DNA of 61,114 nucleotides, filler included. It is 4 parts of 4 records of this genome, joined end to end, with 100 filler letters (N's around TTAATTAATTAA, not from the genome) between each part and the next. Parts side by side here need not be neighbours in the genome. Positions count along the whole stretch, not along the records: positions 26,470 to 34,793 come from SRR31147125_16811; positions 34,894 to 61,114 come from SRR31147125_16857; 2 more parts are not named here. One strand, 5' to 3'. The position numbers and the translations under genes are program-made. The notes below the pieces were generated by a model. The model was not told the DNA's origin, did not search any database, and saw only the letters and a list, made by a program, of their open reading frames with translations. Below are positions 30,630 to 40,052 of the stretch, in pieces; the first letter of the stretch is position 1, and the number at the start of each line of letters is the position of its first letter.

Positions 30630-32453
30630 TCACAAGTCACCACATTCCGGTTGACTGCAAATATGCAACTCATAAAAAAACAGCGGGGCCGCCAACGCAC
30701 CTAATTGCGCACCGTTTATATTAGCGGCGCTATATATCACATACCTGGCCGGGTTGTCAAAAGGTGCGCCGGTTCCGGCAACCACCGTCATTAAATCGAG
30801 ATTGAAATCCGTCAAATAAAAGCCGGTGATAAAAGGATTGGCTTGGGACAGATCGAAAAATCCATGCCACAGCATATCCGATCCCAGATAGGAAAATTTT
30901 GTCGTCGCCAATGCTTGAAAATTCCCGGATGTATCCACATTGAACGGACCCGCGGCAAGAACATAGAGATCACTACTCACCTCTCCTGTTCCTTGTATTC
31001 GCGCATGAATATTAATTGTCTCCCCTGGTGCATAAAACATTTTATCTGTGGATATCTCGAATAAGTTGTCAGTGAGAGTGGGCATCTGAAACTCCGCAAA
31101 AACCAATTTAGCATCATGCCCATCACCTAAAAGCATTACAAGCAGCCGATCATCATGCATTTTCAATCGACACTGCCCCTCGGTTGAAAATGGAAATATC
31201 ACTTGCCTTACAGTCCAATCTTTACCATCCGGGCTGAATCGATACATGGTCGTTCCGGCACCCGCTACTCCGCTTTCCCCATCGATGGGCTTGTCCGGAG
31301 AGCTGTCCCAGACGGCATGAAATCTCCCGGCCCCGTCAACCAGCAGCTTAGTCCCCATCCCTGCACGAGAAGGAGATGCCCCTGTTGTTTTACCTGCCAC
31401 GGTTTGAATTTCCCACGCATCATCGAAAAATGTTCCGATAATATTCGTACTTCCCTGCTGCACCCCTTGCGCATCGGTCTTATATCTGAAATTCGCTACG
31501 ACCGGGGTGCCTTCATAACCCAGGATCAAATCGGTCCAGAACTCATTTTCAGAAATATCTCCGCTGGGGTCCACCAGGGAGGTTGACCAGTTTTCGAGAT
31601 CATCCGAATATGTATACCACAGTTTGTGCCCCGCCCCCGGAGGAAAATAGACTGGATTTTTGTCGGCAGTCACCGGGGGATTGGTGGTGGGATAGCTCTC
31701 CCCGAGCAATATCGCGTTCTTGTCACCATACACCACATGGTATCGTCCCCGTTGTCTGTCGTACACAAAACCGGCCAAACGGTACTCTTCGGCCGCAATA
31801 GTTGGTGACTCCCACCTAAAAACATACTCTCGATCGGTCCAACTCGACTCAGTCAAAGGGAGCTGAATTCTCAATGCCTTGGGAAAAGGAGGAGAAAGAA
31901 TCGTTCCGTCACTTCCGATGAACATTTCATATTCACGGGCAAACATGGGGCGTCCCTCTTCATCCAGTTGCATCCGAGTGTGGAACGCGCCGGAGGAGAC
32001 ATTCACTTTCGGGCCCACCACGCCATCCTCAATTGTCTGATAGACCAGCCCCTGGGGATGGGTCAATCCATCTTTGTCAATAAAATCTCTCTCCACGATA
32101 TAGCAAATGTGAACCACATCAGAATCGTCATCAGCTATTAAAAACGTTGAAATAGAAGGAACATATCCGAACTCTTCCAGTACGGTTCTGTCTTCTTCGG
32201 AAGGCCACCCACCGCCTACGGCTGTGTGAGTGTAGACAATTTGGGCTCGATTTTCACCGATGACCGGCTTTGAGTAAACGGCATGAATCGTTCCTTTTGA
32301 TGTCACATCAAACTCATAGGAATAAATTCTTCTTGAAAACTCATCTTCGGAATCGGCCAACGTTGTCTCCGACAGCTTTGTCAAAGCGGTCCAACCCGGT
32401 ACCGCGCAACACAGTCCCACAACGACCACAAGGATAAGATAGACCTTTTTCAT
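30630..32453 (-). CDS. Secreted hypothetical protein (beta-rich, possible propeller plus C-terminal Ig-like domain)
   Basis: Signal peptide MKKVYLILVVVVGLCCAVPGWTA; GGAG RBS; Asp-box-like YSDDLENW and FSPDGKDW. Confidence 0.8.
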   Translation of the reverse strand: MKKVYLILVVVVGLCCAVPGWTALTKLSETTLADSEDEFSRRIYSYEFDVTSKGTIHAVYSKPVIGENRAQIVYTHTAVGGGWPSEEDRTVLEEFGYVPSISTFLIADDDSDVVHICYIVERDFIDKDGLTHPQGLVYQTIEDGVVGPKVNVSSGAFHTRMQLDEEGRPMFAREYEMFIGSDGTILSPPFPKALRIQLPLTESSWTDREYVFRWESPTIAAEEYRLAGFVYDRQRGRYHVVYGDKNAILLGESYPTTNPPVTADKNPVYFPPGAGHKLWYTYSDDLENWSTSLVDPSGDISENEFWTDLILGYEGTPVVANFRYKTDAQGVQQGSTNIIGTFFDDAWEIQTVAGKTTGASPSRAGMGTKLLVDGAGRFHAVWDSSPDKPIDGESGVAGAGTTMYRFSPDGKDWTVRQVIFPFSTEGQCRLKMHDDRLLVMLLGDGHDAKLVFAEFQMPTLTDNLFEISTDKMFYAPGETINIHARIQGTGEVSSDLYVLAAGPFNVDTSGNFQALATTKFSYLGSDMLWHGFFDLSQANPFITGFYLTDFNLDLMTVVAGTGAPFDNPARYVIYSAANINGAQLGALAAPLFFYELHICSQPECGDL

Positions 32454-32785
32454 AGCACTCCTCCTTAATTCTTCATGTAAGTAATAGCCATGGCAAGCCG
32501 GCTGATTTATGGACGCATGAACAACGCCACGGCAACATTCAAGGGAGGATGTTCATAACAAACCACATTTGCGGCTATACCACCACAACAAAACACAAAA
32601 ATTTCACATTTCAACAGATTACACTTATTTCTCAACATCGCATCATTCTTGAAACGCCTAAATTTTCATATACACATTGGAATGAATTTCGAAGAGTCAA
32701 TAATTACTCCCAACACATCTTGGAAAATATGGCAAGAGTTAATTCAAAACACTCGACAATTCATAATTATTATCATAAATAATTA

Positions 32786-32801
32786 AGCAAGAAAGTGCCC
32801 A
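32786..32801 (-). promoter_or_regulatory. Candidate sigma54 promoter facing the secreted-protein/GT cluster
   Basis: Minus strand TGGGCACTTTCTTGCT = GG-N10-GC. Confidence 0.35.
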
Positions 32802-33023
32802 TAGCCCCCCGTAAAAGAAAGGATTTACAGGGTAACCGCATTACATTCTTGCTCATAATAAATTCATTGCCTTACGAAAGCCATTTGTAAAACCCGGTAC
32901 TTAAAAAAAGCTACAGATGCTGTCGGTTTCAATATGTTAAAAATCAAAGCGCATGCCTGTTGTATCGTATTTACACAGGGGATAAAGAGTTGACAGTGTT
33001 TAAAACATTTTGTATGGATATTT

Positions 33024-33039
33024 TGGCATGTATATTGAT
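33024..33039 (+). promoter_or_regulatory. Candidate sigma54 promoter of the IPTL-CTERM gene
   Basis: TGGCATGTATATTGAT: good -24 element, -12 variant GA instead of GC; ~45 nt upstream of ATG. Confidence 0.4.
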
Positions 33040-33082
33040 AGATAGCCTATGGAAAAGATAATTAACTATTTTAGGAGGAAAA

Positions 33083-33583
33083 ATGATGTTAAACAGAATC
33101 CACACTCTTGGTTTTGCAGTACTTTTGGTCGTACTATTTTCAATCTCTGCTGCAGCAGATCCCGTCATCAACAGCTTTACCGCCTCAACCGCCACCATCA
33201 ATGCCGGAGAAACCGTTACATTGTCATGGGATGTCACCGGTGCCGATGCTAACGGCGTCACAATCAACAACGGAATCGGTGTGGTTGCATCCAGCGGCTC
33301 CGTTGATGTAACCCCCACATCGAGCACTCAATATGTATTAACGGCCACCTGCGCCGACTGTACCCCTCCCACGGTGATTTTCTCCGGTGGAAGTCCTGGT
33401 ATGACCGTGACACAACCCCTTGATGTCACAGTTACCGCAGCTGTAACTCCGGTTGCGCCGGTTGCAGTAACCCCTGTCGTTGTCGACGCACCAACCATGA
33501 ACGAATGGGGTATGATCCTGCTGATCATGTTGATGGCCGGCATTTCCGTATTGAGAATCAGAAAAATGAATCAATCCAAATAA
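33083..33583 (+). CDS. IPTL-CTERM sorting-domain surface protein
   Basis: Signal peptide, Ig/PKD-like domain (INSFTA...GETVTLSW), Thr/Val/Pro linker, then APTMNEWG + TM helix + basic tail RIRKMNQSK; AGGAGG RBS. Confidence 0.9.
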   Translation: MMLNRIHTLGFAVLLVVLFSISAAADPVINSFTASTATINAGETVTLSWDVTGADANGVTINNGIGVVASSGSVDVTPTSSTQYVLTATCADCTPPTVIFSGGSPGMTVTQPLDVTVTAAVTPVAPVAVTPVVVDAPTMNEWGMILLIMLMAGISVLRIRKMNQSK

Positions 33584-33610
33584 TCGAACGTCTCACCGTT
33601 ATTTCACTTC

Positions 33611-33649
33611 CATACGGCCATTACCCATTGTAATGGCCGTATGTTTTTT
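33611..33649 (+). terminator. Intrinsic terminator after the IPTL-CTERM gene
   Basis: Perfect 14-bp stem CATACGGCCATTAC-ccatt-GTAATGGCCGTATG followed by TTTTTT. Confidence 0.85.
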
Positions 33650-33678
33650 CTCTTTACACTCTTTCCCAAAAAGTACAC

Positions 33679-34221
33679 ATGCCGAATCAGCAAACCACCC
33701 CCGACAAGATTTCATTGGTCAAATTTATCATTTCATACATTCTCATCATGGCATTCTTTCTACTGATCATCGGTCTGGAAAGCATCAAAAATCTTATCGA
33801 TATCAACGGAATTTATACCACATCGGTTGTGCGACTGAGCACTTTTCTCATCAATTTTTTCGGTAAGGTCAAAGCAACATCCGGTTCCATGATAAAGCTT
33901 GATACGTTGACACTGAATATTCAATTCGGATGCAACGGACTCGAAGCGTTCATGATCTATATTGCCGCCATTCTCTCGTTTCCGGCCAAGACTCGTGACA
34001 AGGTCATGGGAATCGTTGCCGGTTTTTTTCTACTCCAGATCATTAACGTCCTGAGGATTGCAGGCCTCGGATTAGTCGGAATCTATATGAAAGATTACTT
34101 TCACTATTTTCATGTCTACATCGCCCAGGGAATGATGATTGTGGTCTCATTCGTTATTTTTTTAATCTGGTTACAGTATGTTTCAAACAAAAAAAGTCAT
34201 ATCCGGCGTTCTTCTGTTTAG
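33679..34221 (+). CDS. xrtH: Exosortase H (IPTL-CTERM-specific)
   Basis: Short multi-TM protein with the exosortase Cys-Arg-His triad: GCNGLE, INVLRI, FHVYIAQ; adjacent to an IPTL-CTERM target. Confidence 0.88.
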   Translation: MPNQQTTPDKISLVKFIISYILIMAFFLLIIGLESIKNLIDINGIYTTSVVRLSTFLINFFGKVKATSGSMIKLDTLTLNIQFGCNGLEAFMIYIAAILSFPAKTRDKVMGIVAGFFLLQIINVLRIAGLGLVGIYMKDYFHYFHVYIAQGMMIVVSFVIFLIWLQYVSNKKSHIRRSSV

Positions 34222-34780
34222 CATCACTTATCTCGTCTGCCTGCTCCTTTGGGTGCAACTGAAACCGTATTACGGTGCTTTCATTACCCGCTCGGGAACG
34301 GAGTGTGCCGCTCTTTTTTCATCTTTTCGTCTGGATTCATTTCGCCATGATAGTGAAAATGCAACCATCACCTTTTCCCGTATGATCTACACCTCAAAAG
34401 GCTTGGGCGATCTTGCCATTGACGTCAATCTCAAAGTCTCGAACTACTCTTTCAACATCCCTTTGACCATTGCATTGATTGCGGCCCTGCTGCCGATCAT
34501 TCAGTGGAATGGAAAGCAGATGGTAGAGGCTATTCTTCTTCTCGTAACCATCCATTTCACGTATGTCTTTTTTTATACCGCTCTCCAACTGTTTTATTAC
34601 TCCCATCCCGTATCCGATGCAATCCGCTCTTATCCAACCATTGCAAAACAGTATTTTCTCGAGTTTATGTGGGCATTTATCGATAACATGGTGGTTCGAT
34701 TCGAACCCTTTTTATTGGCCCTTTATCTTTTTTTCAGACAATGGAATAAAATGCCTTTCCAAAAGGAATCAAAGCAATAG
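34178..34780 (+). CDS. Exosortase H-associated membrane protein
   Basis: Multi-TM ORF overlapping xrtH; NYSFNIPLTIAL segment. Confidence 0.7.
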   Translation: MFQTKKVISGVLLFSITYLVCLLLWVQLKPYYGAFITRSGTECAALFSSFRLDSFRHDSENATITFSRMIYTSKGLGDLAIDVNLKVSNYSFNIPLTIALIAALLPIIQWNGKQMVEAILLLVTIHFTYVFFYTALQLFYYSHPVSDAIRSYPTIAKQYFLEFMWAFIDNMVVRFEPFLLALYLFFRQWNKMPFQKESKQ

Positions 34781-34793
34781 CTATGCAAAAAAA

Positions 34794-34893
34794 NNNNNNN
34801 NNNNNNNNNNNNNNNNNNNNNNNNNNNNNNNNNNNNNTTAATTAATTAANNNNNNNNNNNNNNNNNNNNNNNNNNNNNNNNNNNNNNNNNNNN
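34794..34893. other. Artificial contig spacer
   Basis: N-run + TTAATTAATTAA + N-run. Confidence 0.98.
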
Positions 34894-35828
34894 AAGGTGG
34901 CCCGTATGCTTTGAAAATGCTCGATAGTCAGGGCTGGCAATTTTCTTTTGAAATAGTTTTCCGCTTTTGCCTGCTCTGATTCCCCAACGAGAATCAGGTG
35001 AGTTAATGGTCCTATATTGCCGGAATCAAATTCGAATAGTATTTTTGAAAATACAGTCTCACAAATCGTTTCAGAATTTGCACCTTCGTCTATAGTGGGG
35101 AGCACGGAAATGATTTCTTCTCCCCGCATAAAAAATATTTTCGTGAACGTTTTTTCGAAAACGAGGATGGCTGTATATTCTTCTTCCTCAATATTATGAC
35201 TCAAACGAATTTCATGTGCCAGGGTAAATTCAATCGTATCGATGAGCTTGATGAGTGGTGGTCTGGCTTGTGAGATTCGGTTTGCCTCCAGAATCAGGGA
35301 TGCCAAAATTAAAGGATCATCATGATACATGCCGACAATTTTACCATCATAAGCTTCCTGATAACCCACATTTTCCAGTCTGGCTTCATGAGAAGCATCT
35401 TCATTAAACTCTTTCCAGACTGCTTTTTTAATTTTCGTGGGATTTGACTCGTTGAGACCTGAAATTGTTTTATATAGAACATTTGCATCAATAAGATTAA
35501 ATGCGAGCGTGGCATTTTCCGGACACATCCTGTGATGCAATTCAGTAATAATGTCTAAATTTGAATTCACTTCATTTGGAATGGTACCTTCTTCACTCTC
35601 CTTGAAATTCTCCAGCTCGATGTTAAATGGATCATCCCCTTTGATTTTCTTTTGGGCATTGTTGTTTTGCCCATTCGAGTTTTCATCCGGATCATTTACC
35701 TGCTCAAGTAATTCATAGAGTTTAAACGTATCCAGTTTTTCTATAATAAAATTCTTGCCAGTCTTATTTATCAAGGCTGCCTTGAGCAAATGCCCATCAA
35801 TAAATATTCCCAGAGAATGTTTTTTCAT
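34894..35828 (-). CDS. PilM-like (actin/FtsA fold) pilus assembly protein, truncated at the contig end
   Basis: N-terminal SLGIFIDGHLLKAA resembling PilM (GIDIG...IK), LILVGE; directly downstream of pilT. Confidence 0.6.
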
Positions 35829-35830
35829 GA

Positions 35831-37050
35831 TTAATACCTATCCGAATGACTAAAAAGTTCGTTAATCCTGTTTTTATTATTGGCATAGTCATAAGTGTTG
35901 TGTTCAGTAATGATTTTACTGTTATATAGGCGTACAAGATCTTGTTCCAGAGTAATCATTCCCAATTGCCCGTTCTCACTGATCATTTGATAGATTTCCT
36001 GGGTGTTTTTGTTACGTATCGCTGCTTTTACAGATGACGTGACCAGAAGCACTTCTTTAGCTAACGTCAGTTTTCCATCGCAGGTTGGCACGAGTTTTTG
36101 CGAGATTATCACGCGAAGAACATCAGCCAGCCGGTTTCGAACCCGTTCCTGTTCTTCAGAGGGGCATTCAGCAACAATACGATCAATGGTTTCCACGGCT
36201 GAGCAGGTGTGTAGTGTTGAAATGACTTTATGACCTGTGTCTGTTATTTCAAGGCATGTCATAATAGTGTCCGGATCCCGCATTTCGCCAACGACGATAA
36301 TATCCGGATCCTGACGTAAGGACTGGATGGCACCTTCCTTGTAAGTTAATACATCCCGGCCAACCTCACGGTGTCGTATAATACATTTTTTTGAGTGATG
36401 TATCTGTTCTATCGGATCGCCAATGATGACAATATGGCCTTCAGCTGTACGGTTATTCGCATCGATAATGCTATCCATTGTCGTACTTTTACCGGAACCG
36501 GTAATACCGGTAACCAGGATTAATCCCTGTTTTTCGTGTGCCAGTGACAATGATTTTGAGATATTGGGATGTATATCGAGTTTTTGATAAGGATATATTT
36601 TTTCGGATATTGTCCTCATGTTAAGTGCTAAATGATCAAGATCAAGATACATGGTGGCACGCCATCGCAACTGAGAATTTTCTGTCTGTATACTATAAGA
36701 AAAATCCAATGCTCTGTGGATCATTAAATTTTCTCTTTGCATTTCAGACAGAAGGCTGTGACATAAAATATCGGATATTTCCGGATTTATCTTTCCCAAT
36801 TCCGGACGTGGTGTTTTTTTACCATAGACTCGAAACCAAATGCTGTTTTTGGCTGTTGTGCCACCTATTTCAATATCTGATGCGTTAGATTTTAGCATAT
36901 ATAGCAGGTACTTTTTAACCTGGTTCCGAAGAGCTTTGATTTCATCTTCTCTCAGGGATGATATTTTTTTCCCAATAAATCATGACGATCCAGTCCACAC
37001 ATATCCTGTGGGAAATTTTCGAGTATTTTGCTGATTATTGATTGAATCAT
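35831..37050 (-). CDS. pilT: Type IV pilus retraction ATPase PilT/PilU
   Basis: GITGSGKSTT, GDPIE, SLRQDPDIIVVGEMRD, STLHT. The N-terminus from ATG 37050 joins if one base is added to the run at 36964-36970. Confidence 0.9.
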
Positions 37051-37073
37051 ATGAGAATAATCCATTTAAGAGA

Positions 37074-38036
37074 TTAAAAACTAGTCACATTTCTCTGTCT
37101 GATGAATATCCAAAATTTTAATATCTTCAAGGGCTTCCTTGTACGGTTCACCATATAAGGAATCAATTTTTTTAATATATTTTTCATTCTTATCACAGCA
37201 TCCCAGGCAGGTTGAAGTCGGTTCTGAATAGTACTGTTTTGTTCGTGCAAAAGCATTTCCGTATTCAATGCAATAATGGCCATTGGATTATTGAGTTCAT
37301 GTTGGATTGTACGGGCCATCCGGTCTATGGTTGCTTTTCTTTCCATTTTGACAATAATCTCTTGCGATTTCAAAAGTTGTTGATTTTTTTTGTTTAAAAG
37401 GCTATTAAACTGCGCCAGTGCATTGTTTTGTGACCGAAGCGTGTTAGAAAGAAATGATGAAATAAAGTAAACCAGAAAAAAGAGACATATATATGAAATA
37501 AGATTATGTGTGTTCATTTCGGAAATTTTTAAAATATATTCTGAAAAACTATCTACATTTGTCAAGTGCCGATAATTATCTAATACAAGAACAGTCATCA
37601 TACCAAAAAGACTTGAGAAACAGGCAATAAGACCAGCTAATCGGCCAATTGTGATACTTGATGTAAGAATGGGAATCAGATAGCTCCATACAAATGGACT
37701 TTTAGCTCCACCAGTAATATAAATGGCTAAAGAAAAGATAGTCACATCCAATATATTGTGTATATATGGGTACAAATTGCTACTATCCATATTCTCAAGC
37801 CAGACACTATAAATAATGTTCAGGAGAGTAATTCCAGCCAAAGTAAGCATAAAGGCGAATTTTGGATAGTCCATGCCCTTTATTATTATTTGAATAAGAC
37901 CGACAGACAAAAAACTAAAAGTGGACAACCACCGGACGTATTTCCACCATTTAAACGTTTCATTGATACTTTTTTGCTCTAATCGCCAGAGGTCCATATT
38001 TGAAATCATATAATTATTTGATTTAGCTGAGTCCAT
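37074..38036 (-). CDS. PilS-like membrane sensor with HisKA (DHp) domain but no HATPase domain
   Basis: About five TM helices (ITGG..SPF..SY), coiled coil, H-box IQHELNNPM; ends about 60 aa later in either frame. Confidence 0.8.
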   Translation of the reverse strand: MDSAKSNNYMISNMDLWRLEQKSINETFKWWKYVRWLSTFSFLSVGLIQIIIKGMDYPKFAFMLTLAGITLLNIIYSVWLENMDSSNLYPYIHNILDVTIFSLAIYITGGAKSPFVWSYLIPILTSSITIGRLAGLIACFSSLFGMMTVLVLDNYRHLTNVDSFSEYILKISEMNTHNLISYICLFFLVYFISSFLSNTLRSQNNALAQFNSLLNKKNQQLLKSQEIIVKMERKATIDRMARTIQHELNNPMAIIALNTEMLLHEQNSTIQNRLQPAWDAVIRMKNILKKLIPYMVNRTRKPLKILKFWIFIRQRNVTSF

Positions 38037-38048
38037 GGTCCTATGCCA

Positions 38049-38912
38049 TTAATTTTTAACGTTATAGTCTATGATATCATCATAATTATGAATTAATTTT
38101 CTGGACAGGTTTATTATAATATTCGCTGAGAATCGTAAAAATAGTTTTGGGTGATTGTTTGCAAAAAAAGTTTTCATATTACTTTTTGATATGATACAAA
38201 GTTCAGCTATTTTATTCGTTTCTAATGTAACCGGTATATTCATTTCTTTTCTTAAAAATATACATGCTTCTCCTATAGTGTCACCTGCTTGCAACGTGTC
38301 GATCAGGACATTTTTATAATAGCATTGGGCTTGTCCGTGTTGTATGATCACCATTTCATTTCGATAGTTTGCCACAAGTTTGATTCCAGAGTCCAGAATG
38401 TTTATTTTGCCAAGGTTTATAAATTTCTGTATATCCTCTTCTGAAAAACCTTCAAATATTTTTGATTTTACATTTCTTCGTTTCGAGCTGACGACCTGTT
38501 TTTCAGGATTTTTAGTACCGATGGAATTGTTTTTGTTATTGACCCATTTATGGACTGTTTGAATAAGTCCTTGTGATAAAAATGGTTTTGTAATGAATCC
38601 ATCGGCTCCTGCCCGGGTCGTTTTTTCTGCTATATTTGTACCACTGAAACCTGTAAACGCGACAATACGCGTTGCTGAAGAAATTTCTTTTAATTTTGAA
38701 ATGATATCAAGCCCATTCAGGCCTCCGGGCAAAACCAAATCAACGAGAGCAAGGTCATATACTTGTTCTGTTGCTTTTTGAATTGCTTCATGGCCATCAG
38801 ATGCGGTGTCAACCAAATATCCTTCTGCTTGCAGGATATAAGAGGATACATTTCGAATTTCTTCTTCATCGTCAATTATCAGAATGTTAGCCATCTCATT
38901 ATCTCGGCTCAA
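38049..38912 (-). CDS. Response regulator: receiver + cNMP-binding-like domain
   Basis: ILIIDDE, LVDLVLPG, AFTG, FITKP; C-terminal IQHGQA...GDTIGE...LSRKL. Confidence 0.85.
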   Translation of the reverse strand: MSRDNEMANILIIDDEEEIRNVSSYILQAEGYLVDTASDGHEAIQKATEQVYDLALVDLVLPGGLNGLDIISKLKEISSATRIVAFTGFSGTNIAEKTTRAGADGFITKPFLSQGLIQTVHKWVNNKNNSIGTKNPEKQVVSSKRRNVKSKIFEGFSEEDIQKFINLGKINILDSGIKLVANYRNEMVIIQHGQAQCYYKNVLIDTLQAGDTIGEACIFLRKEMNIPVTLETNKIAELCIISKSNMKTFFANNHPKLFLRFSANIIINLSRKLIHNYDDIIDYNVKN

Positions 38913-38986
38913 TTATTATAGGTTCGTAACTTTGGTAAATGCTATACCTGATTTGATGCATTATCTACAGGATGAATTTAAAGCTG

Positions 38987-40024
38987 CTATAACTGTAATA
39001 ATTCAATAATATCCATGTCTGAATTCGGATTTATGTTTTTTGAGACAACAGGATTTACAGTTATCTGCTTATTCATACCCGGTTGATGTGGAGAAGACTT
39101 TATGGTTTTTGTCAATTTTCTGGATAAACTTAATATGACGTTTGTTTGGTAAATGATAAAAATATTTTTATCCGTTTCTGTAAGATAATTTTCCAGTTTT
39201 TGTTTTGGGATGATTAAAATTTCTGCTTCATCTTCACTTTCAAGACAAATACTAAATTTGGAATCATCATCCAGGAATATGGATTCTTCAGCAATCGCTT
39301 CGCCTGTTTTAATGGTGGTAATGTTTTTATCTCTGTAAAGACACCTGACTTCTCCGGATATGACGATTGCCAATTCCATGGTGTATTTAATATAATATTT
39401 ATCACCGGGATTTATTTTGACTCTGGTACCATAGTTTAATATTTGTGAGATAGTATTTTCAGATAATCCCAGTAATATTTTAGGTGTGACTCTGATTTTA
39501 TCAAGTGTTGGAGCCATTATTGGCTCTGGTTCTGGAATGGTTTCAGGCTCAATAATCGACTCTAATGGATTTGACTCTTCTACTGTAAATTCATTCAGAG
39601 GATTTTGTACGGTTTTTTCGGGCTCCGGGTCTGGAACAAAAATATTTTCAGGATTCTCTCGATTTTTACCAAGTAATTTGTTTACAGTAGACAAAAGTTG
39701 ATCAGACATATAAGATTTTGAAACAAATGCATCGGCACCTGCATTAGCTGTTTTTGCCCCAAAAGCCTCGCCACTAAATGCTGTAAAAGCGATTATTTGA
39801 GTTTTAGGCGACAATGATTTCAGGCTTTTAATAATATCCATTCCGTTCAATTCACCCGGCAAGACAAGATCTACAACTGCTGCGTCATATGTTTGACGTT
39901 TGGCCTTGAAAATTGCTTCTTTTCCCTCGGCCGCCATCTCGACTTGATAGCCTCCTACTGTGAGGATATGGGATACATATTTTCTTGTGATAGGATCGTC
40001 ATCAATAATAAGTATTTTATTCAC
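38987..40024 (-). CDS. Response regulator: receiver + Pro/Glu linker + cNMP-binding-like domain
   Basis: ILIIDDD, VVDLVLPG, AFTA, FVSK; VISGEV...GEAIAE...LSRKL; paralogue of 38049-38912. Confidence 0.85.
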   Translation of the reverse strand: MNKILIIDDDPITRKYVSHILTVGGYQVEMAAEGKEAIFKAKRQTYDAAVVDLVLPGELNGMDIIKSLKSLSPKTQIIAFTAFSGEAFGAKTANAGADAFVSKSYMSDQLLSTVNKLLGKNRENPENIFVPDPEPEKTVQNPLNEFTVEESNPLESIIEPETIPEPEPIMAPTLDKIRVTPKILLGLSENTISQILNYGTRVKINPGDKYYIKYTMELAIVISGEVRCLYRDKNITTIKTGEAIAEESIFLDDDSKFSICLESEDEAEILIIPKQKLENYLTETDKNIFIIYQTNVILSLSRKLTKTIKSSPHQPGMNKQITVNPVVSKNINPNSDMDIIELLQL

Positions 40025-40052
40025 ATCGTTCTCCTTTGGGTAATCCTCATGA

